Of a stretch of DNA of 64,000 bases, positions 63,839 through 64,000 are shown one piece after another. Position 1 is the first letter of the stretch; each line of letters opens with the position of its first letter. The position numbers were made by a program, and so were the translations under genes. The notes below the pieces were generated by a model that searched no databases, was not told where the DNA came from, and was given only the letters and a program-made list of their open reading frames with translations. Source of the stretch: Eledone cirrhosa (lineage: Eukaryota); NCBI GenBank assembly GCA_964016885.1, contig OZ024741.1, positions 384,834,001 through 384,898,000 of the forward strand, written 5' to 3'.

Positions 63839-64000
63839 TACTAATAAGAATAAAGATGTCATGTCTGAAAAACCTTCAGACACCCGCTATATCACCTGTA
63901 AGGGAAACTCTAAATCCGAGGATTTATTTAACAATTAACAAACGAATAAAAAAAAAAAGGAACGTCGACTTTCGTCAAATCGGGCCGAGGAAACAATGTT

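Overview
AT-rich eukaryotic DNA with many microsatellites and no recognisable host gene. The SINE repertoire and repeat content suggest a cephalopod (octopus-like) genome, which is inference. The window is dominated by L1/Tx1-clade non-LTR retrotransposons: copies A and B (+) and C and D (-) fill ~2.4-25.6 kb, copies E, F and G (-) fill ~49.8-59.3 kb, and there are further remnants. All copies carry stops or frameshifts. Also present are R4/Dong-like, CRE-like, RTE and Penelope fragments, RTE-derived non-autonomous elements, tRNA-derived SINEs, two Helitron-like elements, two solo LTRs and MITE/foldback palindromes. The strongest signal is that in divergent Tx1 families ORF2 is bracketed by a GTRAGT donor at the ORF1 stop and a TAG acceptor-like site that is the ORF2 stop codon itself, so the whole of ORF2 looks like a retainable intron. 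The same elements show family-specific microsatellite flanks ((ATT)n versus (TATC)n), structure-conserved 5' UTR hairpins, a second U1-like site near the 5' end and a UAG-rich island in ORF2. Boundaries were read by eye and are approximate.
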